Source of the DNA: Stegostoma tigrinum
Lineage: Eukaryota
NCBI RefSeq assembly: GCF_030684315.1
Contig: NC_081390.1
Location: forward strand, 14,880,001-14,944,000
Reading direction: 5' to 3'
DNA: 64,000 bases
The notes beneath the pieces are model-generated. The model searched no databases. It had not been told where the DNA came from and worked only from the letters and a program-made list of their open reading frames with translations. Position numbers and translations under genes: made by a program. Positions 1 through 12,900 of the stretch are shown here, in pieces (position 1 is the stretch's first letter; each line of letters begins with the position of its first letter).

Positions 1-15
1 CCCTTCTTCAGAAAA

Positions 16-663
16 TGCTGTCTGAGGATCTTGGGTGAATTTCTGCAGTGCATCTTGTAGATAGTACACAATGCAGCTACTGATTGTTGGTGATGGAGGG
101 AGTGGATGCTTATGGAGGCAATGCCAATCAAGTGGGCTGCTTTGCCCTGGATGGTATCAAGCTTCTTCAGTTTTGTTGAGGCTGTACTCATCCAGACAAG
201 TGGGGAGTATTCCATCACATTACTGACATGTGCCTTGTAGATGATGGGCAAGCTTTGGGAGTTAGGAGGTGAGTTACTTGCCGCAGTATTCCTTGCCTGT
301 GACCTGCTGTTGTAGCCACTACATTTATGCAGTGATTCTGGTTGAGTTTCTGATCAATGATAACTCCCAAGATGTTGATAATGAGGGATGCACTGATGGT
401 AACACCATTAAATGTGAAGGGACTTTGGTTAGATTGTGACTTGATGGTGATGGTCGTAGCTTGGTCTTTGTGTGATGCAAATGTTACTTGTCACTTTTCA
501 GCCCAAGCCTGGATGTTGTCCAGATTTTATTGCATTTGGACACCGACTGCTTCAGTGTCTGAGGAGTCATGAATGGTACTAAACATTGTCGGTGAACATC
601 CCCACTTCTGACCTTATGACAGAGGGGAGGTAATTGATGAAGCAGCTAAAGATGGTTGGGCCT
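16..663 (-). mobile_element. CR1/L2-clade LINE fragment, family B (RT C-terminal region), degraded
   Basis: Reverse complement matches the family-B segments at 18440-18694 and 19562-20097 (e.g. ggggagtattccatcac, caagcttcttcagttttgttgaggctg). Confidence 0.75.
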
Positions 664-759
664 AGGGTCTTGTTGTGATACACTGCTGCAGCTGGAGGGT
701 CTTGAACTCAGGCCTTCTAGCCCAGAGGTAGGGATACCACCACTGCATCACAAGACCCT
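664..759 (-). mobile_element. short tRNA-like SINE head fragment
   Basis: Minus strand reads gtgatgcagtgg (A-box-like) ... gagttcaagacc (B-box-like); the ends agggtcttg / caagaccct are complementary. Confidence 0.45.
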
Positions 760-832
760 TAAGTAATTTTTACTCATACACGAAGCATTTTTGAGGCTCA
801 TGATTTGGTTAAACACTACATTGGTTTTGCCA

Positions 833-1012
833 TAAAAACCAAAAGAACTGCGGATGCTATAAATCAGAAATGCAAACAGAAGATGCTGGAAGACCTCAGC
901 AGGTCTGACAGCATCTGTGAGGAGAAATCAGAGTTAACATTTTGGGTCATGTGATCCTTTCTCCAAGCCAAGGAAGGGTTGCCAAACCCGAAATGTTCCC
1001 TCTGATTTCTGT
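833..1012. mobile_element. old fold-back PLE terminal remnant (family 4)
   Basis: tgctggaagacctcagcaggtctgacagcatctgtg..cagagttaacattttgggtc is followed by the inverted aggaagggttgccaaacccgaaatgttccctctgatttct (decayed hammerhead). Confidence 0.6.
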
Positions 1013-2419
1013 TCATTCATTTAGCCATCATCTGCTGTAAATATTTAGTAACCTCCAGAGATTGTGAAAGGCACTATATAAATGAAAGACCATTTATTAA
1101 TTGGAGTTGCTGAAATTGAACATTTTTGGTATGTGTATTGAACAGCTGATCTAACACCAGCTCCAACTGGTGAAAGTTAAACTCAGCCTTCTTATGATGA
1201 CAAGTGAATGCTTATCTTCAATTTTTGTAGTCTTTTATCAGAAAAGTTGTAACTGATTGGCAAAGCGAAGCATACAGTGGGAAACCAGGCTGTGATATTC
1301 CAAAGGAGATATGACGTAGATTGTTTTTACGCCAAAGACAATCACTCACTACACTGCCCTGCACTAAAAGAAGAATAAGGAAAACCTGCTGCCCCATGAC
1401 ATCTAGTGAGTCATTGAGTCTTAATCAGCAAACATGAACAGACCAGTTAGAAAGTAAAGCCTTTAACACATGGCGTTGAATACGAAAGGGAAGCTTATAT
1501 ATTCAAGAAGGATTGGAAAGTTAGCGTAGGATGTCACAAAATATATTTAATGGAAAGTGATTAGAGCTGTCTGAAAGCCAATTCCATTACTTTTCAGAAC
1601 ATGTAATTACTGAATATAATCCTATGTGGCACAACCCTTTCATGTATAAAAGAGATCAAAAAGAGATTTATAAGCAAAATTCTATACTGCCAGCTCAGCA
1701 TACCATTGAAATACAATTCAGAGATAGTTATGATTGGTTATGTAGTGGTTACATGTTGTGCCAATGTTTAAACTCAGCCAATGCTCCATTTGATAAATGC
1801 CATTAGACAATATCTCGTCCTTGCACAATAAATTAGCATTATAGCCAATGTTTCAGCTGTAGGCATTCCTGATTACTTTTAATGTAACTACAATTTGTAG
1901 TTTGGTGTTTGGGTGTATATAATTGGTTTTCAGCTTCAATCTTTGGCCTCTATTGAATAACCTTAACGAGAACTGTTTTGGGTGCAGCAATTAACATTAC
2001 TGCCCTTAGGTTTTGGAGAGAAAAACTCATCCAGACTTTCTGCTCAATGAAAGTGAAAGATGAGGCTTCAACTGCGCTTGCAAGCAGGAAAACCTTGGTG
2101 AGATGAAACAGAAGTCTGCTAAATTCTGAAAAGATTAGATTCATTTAAGAAGTAGAAAAACATTTTCAGCAAATGTTATGGGAAAATGTACATGGAATGC
2201 ACTTTGAATGTAATCCTGTAACAAGAGTATAAATTCAATAGTTATTGTTCTAAGTAGATTGAGAACAAGCTCTTGACTAGACCTTTTAAAACTGGCAATG
2301 CAGGATTTTTGTTGAAAAGTAACTCCTTAAAGAATTGTATTTAGTCAGTGATGATTTCTTAAATTATTTATTAAAAGCAGCCCCATTTTAGATTTTTAAA
2401 AACTTTGTAAGTGAATATG

Positions 2420-2562
2420 ACATTTGGAAAAGTACATGAATTGGAAAGGTTTGGGGAGATACAGGCCAGAAGCAGGCTGGTAAGACTAGTTTAGTTTGGG
2501 ATTTATATTTGGCATAAACTGGTAGGAATGAAGGGTTTGTTTCTGTGCTGTATGATCTTATG
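2420..2562 (+). mobile_element. CR1 LINE 3' end, family A
   Basis: acatttggaaaagtacatgaat...gaagggtttgtttctgtgctgtatgatc matches the 3' ends at 19400-19560 and 25440-25575. Confidence 0.65.
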
Positions 2563-2889
2563 AGAATTTTGAGCTACGTTTCTACATTGTTTCTTTTGCA
2601 TAAAATTTAGAGGCAGATGATTGAGTTTGTCTGTCTTTTCTTTTATGCTTACTATCCAAACTGAAAAAAAACAAAGAAATACTGTGGCTACAACAGCAGG
2701 TCAGAGGTTGGAAATGATGTGGCAAGCAAATCACCTCTTGACTCCCCAAAACCTGTCCACTATTGACAAGCACACGTCAGGAGTGTGATGGAATAGTCAC
2801 CACTTGCCTGGATGAGTGCAGCTCTAAGATAACAAAGCGTGAAGCTGGATGAACACAGCAGGCCAAGCAGCATCTCAGGAGCACAAAAG

Positions 2890-2921
2890 CTGACGTTTCG
2901 GGCCTAGACCCTTCATCAGAG
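2890..2921 (-). ncRNA. minimal type I hammerhead ribozyme motif (PLE)
   Basis: Minus strand: ct-CTGATGA-a-GGGTC-ta-GGCCC-GAAAC-GTC-ag; intact core and GUC triplet. Confidence 0.8.
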
Positions 2922-3328
2922 AGGGGGATGGGGAGAGGGTTCTGAAATAAATGGGGAGAGAGGAGGAGGCGGACCGAAGATGGATAGAGGAGAAGATAGG
3001 TGGAGAGGAGAGTATAGGTGAGGAGGTAGGGAGGTGATAGGTCAGTCCGGGGAGGATGGACAGGCCAAGGAGGCGGGATGAGGTTAGTAGGTGGGAAATG
3101 GAGGTGCGGCTTGAGGTGGGAGGGGGGATTCCCATCTCCCACCTCAAGCCGCACCTCCATTTCCCACCTACTAACCTCATCCGGCCTCCTTTACCTGTCT
3201 GTCCACCCCGGACTGACCTATCACCTCCCCACCTATACTCTCCTCTCCACCTATCTTCTCCTCTATCCATCTTTGGTTCGCCTCCCCCTCTCTCCCTATT
3301 TATTTCAGAACCCTCTCCCTATGCCCCT

Positions 3329-3360
3329 CTCTGATGAAGGATCTAGGCCCGAAACATCAG
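3329..3360 (+). ncRNA. minimal hammerhead motif (mutated copy)
   Basis: ct-CTGATGA-a-ggatc-ta-ggccc-GAAAC-ATC-ag; one stem II mismatch and CpG decay of the ACGT palindrome. Confidence 0.6.
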
Positions 3361-4324
3361 TTTTTGTGCTCCTGAGATGCTGCTTGGCCTGCTGTGTTCA
3401 TCCAGCTTCACGCTTTGTTATCTTGGATTCTCGAGCATCTGCAGTTCCCATTATCTCTGAGTGCAGCTCTAACAATGCTCAAGAAGCTTGTGCTATCTGA
3501 GACAAAGCTGCCTCTTGATTGGCACCCTATCCATATTTACGTTTAAACGTTTACACCCTCCAACCAAGAGTGCAGGACATGCCTGACAACACCATGACCT
3601 GCACAATTGCACCTCCTCCACCACACCCCCCCACCCCCGCCATAACAACGTACATATCATCCTGATTTGGAACTATGTTGTCATTCCTTCACTCCCAATA
3701 AGTTTAAAAATCCTTCCTTCCTAGCAGCACTGTGGATGTACACATTTCATCTTCTGATTGGTGTTGTAGGAGATCGTATCATTTCTTGAATGATTCTGCA
3801 GTAGACTATGTACATTTTAACAATTTTTAAATTACAGACTAACACTGCATAGCCATGGATCTGTACTCCTCGGTTAGATCTCTACTTAGCTTCCCCTTAA
3901 TTATTTGATGTTACATCTTATACCATGATGCTATAGGTTCATGCTGTTAAACCATTACATCACATCTATTGCTCCCCCCACCCCTACCACCAACCAAATC
4001 CATGTTCCAATTATTTACATTATTTTCCCAATTACTAATGATAGTTTAAGGTCATTAGCCTGACCCTCATGATCGGGCTAATCATTACTCCAAGTAATGA
4101 TCAGGTTTAAGCTGAAACCTGCTGTGAAGCAAAGCCTCTTGATTTTGTGAGAAATGAAGGGGTTCAGTTATTATTCTGTGCTTCTGTTTTGATATTATGA
4201 TTTGATCTTTTATCTTTCAAAATTGTTCCTTCTAGGAGCTAGGAGTTCGGTTTTAAAAAGGAAGGGTTTTAACATAGATCAAGTTAACAGCTTCCTTCTG
4301 GAGTATTCTACTAAAGAGGGAGAA

Positions 4325-6175
4325 AGTAAACTTCCACAGTAAACCAGCAAGTAAAATAAAAATGGACAGTAAGAGTTTCTTTAAAGATGTGAGGAGAAAG
4401 AGAGAAGCAAAGGTGAAACATGAGCCGCTTAGAAAATGAAGCTGGAGAAATTACATTGGGGAGCCAGGAAGTGATAGAGGAATTCTTTGCATCAATACTC
4501 ATGGTGATCACATTCCAAAAATAATCGAGGGGCAAAAGTTGGGGGAGGAAATAAATGCAATAACCATCTCTAGAGAAGCAACATTGGAGAGCTAATGTGG
4601 ATAAAGACTGATAGATTCCTTGATCTTGATGGATTGCATTTTAAGACATTTCAAGAAGTGCAGTAGAGATAGATGATGCAGTAGTAACAATCTTCCAAGA
4701 ATTCTTAAATTCTGGAAAAGTTCCAGTAGTTTAGAAAGCTGTCAATGTAACAAAAATTATTCAATTATTCAAAAGGGATGGAGACACAAATTGAGTAACT
4801 CTAGGCTAGTTAGATTAATATCAGTCTTAAAAAAATGTTAAATAGCAGGGTAATTAGAAATATATAATGTAATCAAGCAGAATAAACATGGCTTAATGAA
4901 AGGGAAATCATGTCACGTACATGTATCAGATGTTTCAAAGGGGTAGAGAGCAGGATTAATTAAAGAAAATGAGTAGATGTAATACATTTGGCATTTCAAA
5001 AGGTGTTCAATAGGTTCTGCACATGAGACTACTTAATAAGATAATAGTTCATAGTATTGGGGTAGAGTTTGGCATGGATACAGGATTGTATAACTAAGAG
5101 AAGACACAATATTGGGATAAGGAGGCATTTTGAGGATGGTAACCTGAAACTAATGGAGTGAGACAGGGCTCCATGCTAGGGCTACAGTAATGTGCAATAT
5201 ACTCTAATGACTTGAATATTGGAAGCAAATGTACTATCGTCAAGTTTAGGCATGACACAAAAACAGCGGGAGGTTAAGTGGCGAGGATGACGCGAGTCTA
5301 CAGAGGCATATAGACAGGTTAGGTAAGTGGGGAAAAAATCAAAAATAATTCAATAGAATGTCATGTAGGGAAATGTGAAGTTACGCACTTTCGCAGGGAG
5401 AATGGGCAGATAAAAATTATTTAAATAGCTATAACCTGCAGAAAGCTGCAGCACAGAGGAATTTGCAAGTTCCTGTGTATTAATCATAAAAAGCTAGTAT
5501 TCAGACTATGTCATTAGTCAGACAGAAGACAAATGAACTGTTGGCCTTATTCAAAGGAAATGAAGTATAACTGTGAGGAGGTCTTGCTAATTCTATACAA
5601 GACACTAGTTAAACCAAACCTAGAATATTGTAATCCTCCTATCTCTAGAATACTGTAAACCATTTTCATCCCCTCATCTAAAGAAAGATGTACTGGCTTT
5701 GGAGGCAGTTTGCAAAATGTTCAATAGGTTGATCCTGTTATGGAGAATTTTTTTAAGAGGAGAGGTTGAGTGCATTGGGCCAGTACTCAACATAGTTTAG
5801 AAGGGAGCACAGTCTATTGAAACATACATCATTCTCAGTGTAGATGTTGAGTGGTTGATTCCTCTTGTGGGAGAGTGGAGAATCAGATAAGAATATGTCA
5901 GAATAAGGGGTTGCTTATTTAAGACATATGTGAGGAGGAATTTCTTCTCTGAGGGTGAGAGTCTGGGGTTTCTTCACTACAGAAGATGGGAGATGCTTGA
6001 TTATTGAGTATGTTCAAGGCTGAGATGGACAGATTTCTTTTGTCCACAGGAGAATCAAGGCTTATAGGGGAATGCCGGAAAGCAGAGCTGAGGATTATTG
6101 GATCTGCCATGATCTTGTTGATTTGCACAACAGACATGCTGAGCTGATTGGCCTGCTTCTGCTCCAGTGTCTTGC
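4325..6175 (+). mobile_element. CR1 LINE ORF2 (RT) remnant with 3' UTR, old family A
   Basis: Decayed CR1 motifs in order: cttgatggattgcat (PDGLH), catggcttaatgaagggaaatcatgt (HGFxKGKSC), tttcaaaaggtgttcaata (FQKAFD), gatgacacaaa-like (DDTK), then 3' UTR ggatctgccatgatcttg. Confidence 0.85.
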
Positions 6176-6487
6176 GCAATAAAAATTAAGCTCAGTATAA
6201 TGTCCCTCTACATTAATGTTTAACATTAGTATTCATTGTCCGCACTATTGGTGTTTCCCACACTGCCTAATATCTTTGGCTGTGGCTCTTCTATTTCTTG
6301 AGTCTGGTTGCATAATTTTAAACTTTTATTGCTACTTGCTTACATAACTTGCAGGTCTAGAATGACACTATTTCTCCAAATGGCCACATTAACCACAATT
6401 GTGGCACTCAGCACCCCCTTGCTGGGCAGTCATCATACTTGTACATCTCATGCATTTCAAAATGGCAGTTGGTATTCTTGTATTACT

Positions 6488-6845
6488 GGAGGGAAGGTGA
6501 TGGCCTAGTGGCATTATCACTGGTCTATTAATCCAAAGACCCAGGTAATATTCTGGGGACACAAGTTTGAATCTCACCAAGGCAGATGGTGGAACTTGAA
6601 TCCAATAAATGTCTGGAATTAAGAGTCTAATGATGGCCATGAAGTCATTATCAATTGTTAGGAAAAACCCATCTTGTTCACTAATATCCTTTAGGGAAGG
6701 AAATCTCCCATCCTTACTTGGTCTGACCTACATGTGACTCCAGACTCAGAGCAATGTGGTTGACACTTAACTGCGTTATGGCAATTAGAGATGGGCTTTA
6801 AATGCTGGCCTGGACAGTGGCACCCACATGAATGAATAAATAAAA
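6488..6845 (+). mobile_element. tRNA-derived SINE with family-B LINE tail
   Basis: A-box tggcctagtgg (6501-6511), B-box-like agtttgaatc (6564-6573), body tttagggaaggaaatct. The tail ggcaattagagatggg...aatgctggcc...atgaatgaataaa is shared with the family-B LINE 3' end. Confidence 0.85.
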
Positions 6846-7176
6846 TCTGCTTTTGGCAGGCTATTGTTTGACACACTTTCTGGTTTCAGGCTGTGTACTG
6901 CATCAAAGCACTTGAACTTTTCCAGGGAGACTTGAACTAGTCTCAAACAATTCACCAGTTTTGCGTCTGGATCTCACACTACCTCACAAACAGTATCATC
7001 TTCACAAATGTTGAATTGTCTTTTGCTTGTAAGAAAAAAATCTGACAATGACCCATTGATCTCACGGAATTTGCTGTTCTGTATTAATTTGTCCCTAAAA
7101 TTGCCACATGCATATTTGCCTGATAATTTATAGAGATTATTGGTAAAGAAATCACTGGGCTCCCCTGAATTCTGCC

Positions 7177-10100
7177 TTTTTTCATTTATTCATGGATTTG
7201 GGCATCACTGGCAAGATTAACATTTAGTCCCCATCCCTAGTTACCCTTGAGAAGGTAGTGGTGAGCTGCCTCTGGAACTGCTGGAGTCCTTGGGGTGCAG
7301 AGGCACTCACAACATCATTTGGGAGGGCATGCCTGGATTTTGACCCAGTGGCAGTGAAGAAAGGGTGATATGTTTCCAAGTCAGTGTGGTGAGTGGCTTG
7401 GAAGGAAGCTTTAGGTGGTGGAGTTCCCATGTATCATTTGCACTTGTCTTCTCGATATTACTGGGTTTAAAAAGTGCCGTTGAAGTACAGCTTGTAGGTA
7501 GTACACTCTGCTGCCACTGCGTGTTTGTGGTGAAATGAGTGAATGTTGAAGGTAGTAAATGGTGTGCCAATGAAGTAGGATATTTTGTCATGGATGAGAT
7601 CATGTTTCTTGAGTGTTATTAGAGATGCATCCATCGAAACTAATGCAGAGTATTCCATCACACTCTTGACTTCTGCTTTGTAGATGGTCGACAGGCATTG
7701 GGAAGGCTGAAGGTAAATTACTTGATGCAGAATTCCTAACTCCTGACTTGCTGTTGTAGCTATTGTATTCGTATGGATAGTCCAGTGCAGTTTATACAGT
7801 CCCATGTTTTTTAATAATGGGTGAAGGTCAATGAACAATGATTAAGTTGTCCTCTGGGAGATGGTCATTTTCTGGTGGTTGTGTAGCATGTGTGTTACTT
7901 ACCACTTGTCAACCTTGGTGTTGTTCAGGTCTTACTGCATATAGATTGAGATTGTTTTAGTGTGTGAGGTGTCCTGAATAGTGGTGAACATTATGCAATC
8001 ATTAGTGAATGATCCTTATGATAGAGAGGTCACTATGAGACAATGGGAGATTGTTGGGCCGAGGACACTACCCTGAGGAACTCTACAGAGATATTTTGGG
8101 GCTGAGATGATTGACCTCCAATAACCACAACCATTTTCCTAAGTGTTATGGAGACATTTCCCATGGATTCCATTGACTCATGTTTTCCATGATGCCATGA
8201 TCAGCTAAATGCTACCTTGATGTCAAGACCGCCCATTCTCACTTAACCTTGGCATTCAGCTCTTTTGTCCACATTTGGGCCATGTTTGTAATAAGGTCAG
8301 GAGTTGAGTAGCCATAGTGGAAACCAAACTGGGAGCCATGTTGCATTCTAAGTGTGACTTGATGCCATTGTCGGCCGTACCATCCATCACTTTGTTTTGA
8401 TGGAGACTGACAGGGCAGTAATTTGCCTGTTGTGGCTATGTCCTGCTATTGTGTACAGGACACACCTGGGCAAATTTTCCAAGTGTTTGGATAAATGCCA
8501 GTCTAGTAGCTGTACTTGAACAACTTGGTTAAGGATATGGCTCATTCTGGAGGAAAGATTTTCAGTGCTATTGCTGGCTAATTGTCAGGACCCTTAGTCC
8601 TTTCAGTATACAGTGGCTTCAGCTGTTTATATCACATGAAGTGAATCAAATTGATTGAATCCTGGCTTCTGTGATAGTTGGAACCACAGAAGCCAAGATT
8701 GTTCATCCACTTGATATTTCTGACAGGTGACAGATGCAAATGCCTCTCCTTGCCTTTTGCACTAACGTGCTTGGCTCCCCCATGACTGTTTTTGTTGTGG
8801 AGTGTTCTCCACTTGATAGTTGTTTTATTGTCCTCAATTGCTGAGGATGTAACAGGACTGCATAGCTGGCATCTGACCCATTGTTTGTGAGATTGTTTAG
8901 CCCTGCCTATTGCATGCTGTCACTGCTGTTTGATTTCCAAGCACATTGGTACTTGCGCCTACCTTTTATTGTACCTGGTGATGCTCCTGGCATGCCCTCT
9001 CAGTCTCCTCATTGAGTCAGCACTGATCTCTTAATGTTTGAGCGAGGGATATGACAGGCCATGCAGTTGTCGACTGTAGTTGAATAACTTTTCCTGCTCC
9101 TGATGGCCCACACCCCCTCAGATGCCCAGTTTTGTGTTGCTGGGTCAGTTTTAAGTCTGTTCCATTTAGTGCAATGATAATGCCAGATAACCCAACAGAC
9201 AGTATCTTCAGTGTAAAGACAGGGCTATGTTTCCAGAAGTGATTGTCCCACCTATTTATATTGATACTGTCAATGATAGATTCAACTGCAACAGGCACTT
9301 TGTTGAGGATGGGGTCAAATAGGTTTGCCCTCCTTATTGGTTCCCTCCCCATTTGCTTCTACATTAGTTAGTAGTGGTGCTACTGAGCCACTGTTGGTGA
9401 TAGACATTGAAGTCTTCCAACCAGAATACTTTCTTTGCCCTTGACACCCTCAGTGCTTTCCCCAAGTGGAGGAGGCAAATTCATCAGCTGCAGAAGAGGA
9501 ACTGTCGATGGTAATGTGGCAGCACATTGTCGGGTCTGTGTTTAGCCTGATGTCGTGAGGCTTTGCAGTTTTTGAGTCAATGTTGAAGACTCCCTCCTGA
9601 TTGTATATCATCTCCGCTGGTTCTGTCCTGCCAGTGGACAAGGTTATGATGATGCCTGAGACATACTCCTACTCACTGAAGCATGCCTTATAGACAATGT
9701 CAGGCTGTTGCTTGTCTCGTCTGTAAGACAATATTGTTGTAAGTTCGCAGGTGTTCATAAGGATAACTCTGTAGGATCGACAGAATGTGTTTGCCATTTT
9801 TGTTTCTAGTGTTCCGGTTGGTGCCAGGTGGTCCATCCAGTTTCATTCTTTTCCTTAGTCTTTGTAGCAATTTTCATCCAAATAAGTGGCTTGCTTGACC
9901 ATTTTGGAGCACAGTTAAGACTCCTCCACATTTTTGAGAGTCTTGACTTAGATGTAGCCTAGCAGGTATGGGCAGCAGACTTCCTTCCCTAATGGACAAC
10001 AGTGTACCAAGTGTGTTTTTACAACAATAATTGGTGGTCACACAGACTAGCTTTTAATTCAATGTTTGTGTTTGATTGAATTCATGTTTCATCAATGGTG

Positions 10101-10180
10101 AAATTTGAACCCATGCAGAACATTATATTGGGTGTCTAGATTAGTAATCCAGTGACATTACTGCTATGCCATCAACTCCA
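7177..10180 (-). mobile_element. near full-length family-B LINE (APE + RT, degraded) with a SINE-like 5' end
   Basis: 3' tail at 7177-7260, RT region at 7300-8500, APE-like remnants at 9400-9720 (KQQPDIV; HWQDR; VFNIDS; SAADE). Region 9900-10180 aligns with the SINE head and body at 6488-6780. Confidence 0.8.
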
Positions 10181-10477
10181 CTATGATTAGATCCCCATGG
10201 ATGCTGGACACTATCAAACTTAGTTGTCAGAAAATATAGTCTCACCTGTGCTTTGTCTAGTGAACAATCATCTGTGATTGTGCTAATTGCAAAGTAAAGT
10301 ACTGATCTGATTGCACTGACCCGCCTCTTGTCTAAAACGTTTTGCTAATTGGCAAGATATTTACTCCATCATCTGTGTGTCTGCTGTGGGACTTTTTTTA
10401 AGTTGGGAACGGCTTGTAATGTTAGAGAAACTTCCATGATTCTTTTAGCCACTGGACCAGTGTCGTCTTAAAGTTCT

Positions 10478-10638
10478 GATCAAAAATCATACGACACCAG
10501 GTTATTGTCCAACAGGATTATTTGAAGGCACAAGCTTTCAGAGTCTGAGTCGTTGAATAAATCTGTCGGACTATAACCTGGCGTTGTGTGATTTTTGACC
10601 TAGTCCACCCCAGTCCAACACTGACACCTCCACATCAT
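10478..10638. mobile_element. fold-back mini-PLE, family 3
   Basis: caaaaatcatacgacaccaggttattgtccaacaggattatt is inverted against aataaatctgtcggactataacctggcgttgtgtgatttttg; right-hand tail ccccagtccaacactgacacctccacatc. Confidence 0.75.
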
Positions 10639-11054
10639 GCTCAAAGATCTGTCAGTCTGTTGCTGTGTTGGGATTCTAACCCCAACTCCAGGTTGCTTCA
10701 GCTGCTATCTGGCATGTCAAAAACTTTTCTTTGTCCCTCTGATTTAGTGTTGAAGTACTTCAGTGGTTTTCAACCATTTTGTAACCTGTCTTCAGTGTTT
10801 TTGCTGCTTTTGGTGGTTCTTTCTTAGATGTAACTTCCATGTGTTGCCTTGTTGCTGCCTCCATATTTCGCCTCTGGTTGGCACATGAAGAGGTGTTCTC
10901 ATCTCTTAAGCAGCTGGGCACCTTTTAGCAGTCTTTTGTTTACTGGCTAACACTATACACAGTCACGGATCTACATTCAGTGTGTCCCTTCATGCTGTTA
11001 AACTATCATTCAACAGTACCTGCACAGTATGCATTTCAGTGTTTCAAGAAAATG

Positions 11055-11140
11055 GCTCACTACCATCAACTTCAGGATAATTAGGGACAGGAAATAAATG
11101 CTGGCCTAGCGAGTGATGCTCACATCCTGCGAGAAAAGAT
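11055..11140 (+). mobile_element. family-B LINE/SINE 3' tail
   Basis: ggctcactacc...attagggacaggaaataaatgctggcctagcgagtgatgctcacatcc. Confidence 0.6.
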
Positions 11141-12631
11141 AAAATTGTTGGCTTTCAGAGTTGTATACACTGCTTGAATCAACCACTCACTACTTTACAA
11201 ACTATCTTATCAAGATTGCCTACTGTCAGGTCAGTGAGAGACAAGAGATGATTGATGCATTCAGGTGCCATTATAACCAAATAAGTTAGCTATAATGCTG
11301 AGTCGGTCTGCAAGACTGTCAATAAAACCATGTAAGAGGCTTTCTTCTTTCTTTGGAAGCTGACTTATGCAATGCATATGAATAAAGATAGTTGTTTGAA
11401 ATATAAGTTGTAAAGGATAAATTGCCCATGTGCAAACAAATTTTGTTACAGGTATTTTGCACTCTATTTAGCTATAGTTGGAGTGAAGAGACCAATTTCA
11501 ACTATTTTTTCAACATGGGTGATATCAACTGCACAGCATTTATGTATTTTCAGCAAATGTGTCACACTGGATTTGTGGCAGGAAAGGAGAAAGTACTGCA
11601 AAATGTAAAATGTTGTGGTTTATAGGCAATTTCCTTTCCACAAAAAGTATATCACAAATCTCTTAGGGATCTATATCTCCAATGAGTGGTACCTCTAGAC
11701 CTTTGCTAGGGTCCTGAAGCTGCTCGGTGTAAAATCCTACAGTGATGTTGGATGTCGGGAGCTCCATCTCACATTGCCTACTCAATTCATTGAGCAGTTA
11801 ACCTTCAGCAAGAAGAGAGGATATGGGTAAAAGAAGATATTAACTTGCATTTAAACAAGCACTGGTTCTTCTATCTGTACATGCAAAGAATCAAACATCT
11901 TCAAATATTCGCAAAAGACCATTCATCTTTGTCCTCCTCTAATATGGTGTGCGTTTCATTTCTGAAAGTTTGGGACCTGATGTGCAGCCCTTGAAAAGCT
12001 TGCTGTACTGTGCAGTTTGTAGGTCAGTACGTTCAACAGTACAATTACGCCCTTGGTATCACATTAAATAGATTAAGTAGGGAAGTTCGTAGGTAGCCAA
12101 AAATGTACTAGCACCATTAGTCTTGAACTCAGCTTTAATTGTCATTCATTTGATCATGTAGCAGGATTGTATTAACTAGTTATATCGATTTCCTACGACC
12201 TTGAATGTAGATGAAGGCATTTCAGATTGTATAATTTTTGTCCCAAGATGTATTGTTGAAAACATTGATGAAAACAATGTGGGCAAAAATGCAGCATTCC
12301 AAACTACATAAGCTCACAGTAGCTGTACTCAATTATCTCTGTATTAAAATCATGGTCATTCATTAGTATCATATATGACAAACTGTTTGGCAACACAAAC
12401 CATTGAAGCCGAAATGATGTAGGTAGTATTTCAGATTAATTAAATTGTGATCCTTTGAATCCATATCTGCCTAGCCTATAAAAAGAGCAAGGTTTGTCTT
12501 ATAATTTATTCAGTCTCCAGTCATTGATTGATCTCAATTAGAGAGGACAGTGTCATCATGATATACCTTGAACACGCATTATTCCTATTTTATATTCAGT
12601 GTAAAGTATGTACTCAACAAACACAAATAAC

Positions 12632-12900
12632 AAAGCAAAATATTACAATTGCTGGAAATCTTCAATTAGAATAAAAATTGGCTGGAAGAACTCAGTTGTT
12701 CAGGCTACGCCTATGGAGACAAACAGAGTTAATGTTTCAGGTTGATGACTTTTCATTAGTAATGAAGAGGAATAGAGATTGAAGTGTTTTTCAGCCAGTG
12801 GAAGAGAGCAGAAAGAACCAAGGAGGTGGCTATGACTGGATGGACGACAGGGGAGATTAAACAATAAAAGATTTCATCAAGCAATAGCAAAAGACAGCAG
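12632..12900 (-). mobile_element. old PLE 3' remnant (family 4-like)
   Basis: tgctggaaatc...gctggaagaactcag...cagagttaatgtttcaggttgatgactttttcattag (decayed hammerhead), then a purine-rich tract. Confidence 0.5.

Larger units (their letters stand above)
2828..3457. mobile_element. fold-back (palindromic) Penelope/Neptune terminal copy, family 1
   Basis: Arms 2828-3122 and 3136-3423 are reverse complements, with an extra tail at 3425-3457. TSD tgagtgcagctctaa at 2813-2827 and 3458-3472. Sequence matches the 3' end of the PLE at 35461-35760. Confidence 0.92.
2730..3745 (+). mobile_element. family-B LINE 3' fragment interrupted by the PLE palindrome
   Basis: caggagtgtgatggaatagtcaccacttgcctggatgagtgcagctctaa resumes after the insertion as caatgctcaagaagcttg, colinear with 19570-19680. 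Confidence 0.7.

Noticed and set aside
2777-3500. Four overlapping 92-140 aa ORFs on both strands with matching peptides
   Set aside because: They are a by-product of the palindrome in the non-coding PLE UTR.
5620-5680. Short direct repeat ctagaata(t/c)tgtaa inside a CR1
   Set aside because: An ordinary slippage duplication in a dead element.
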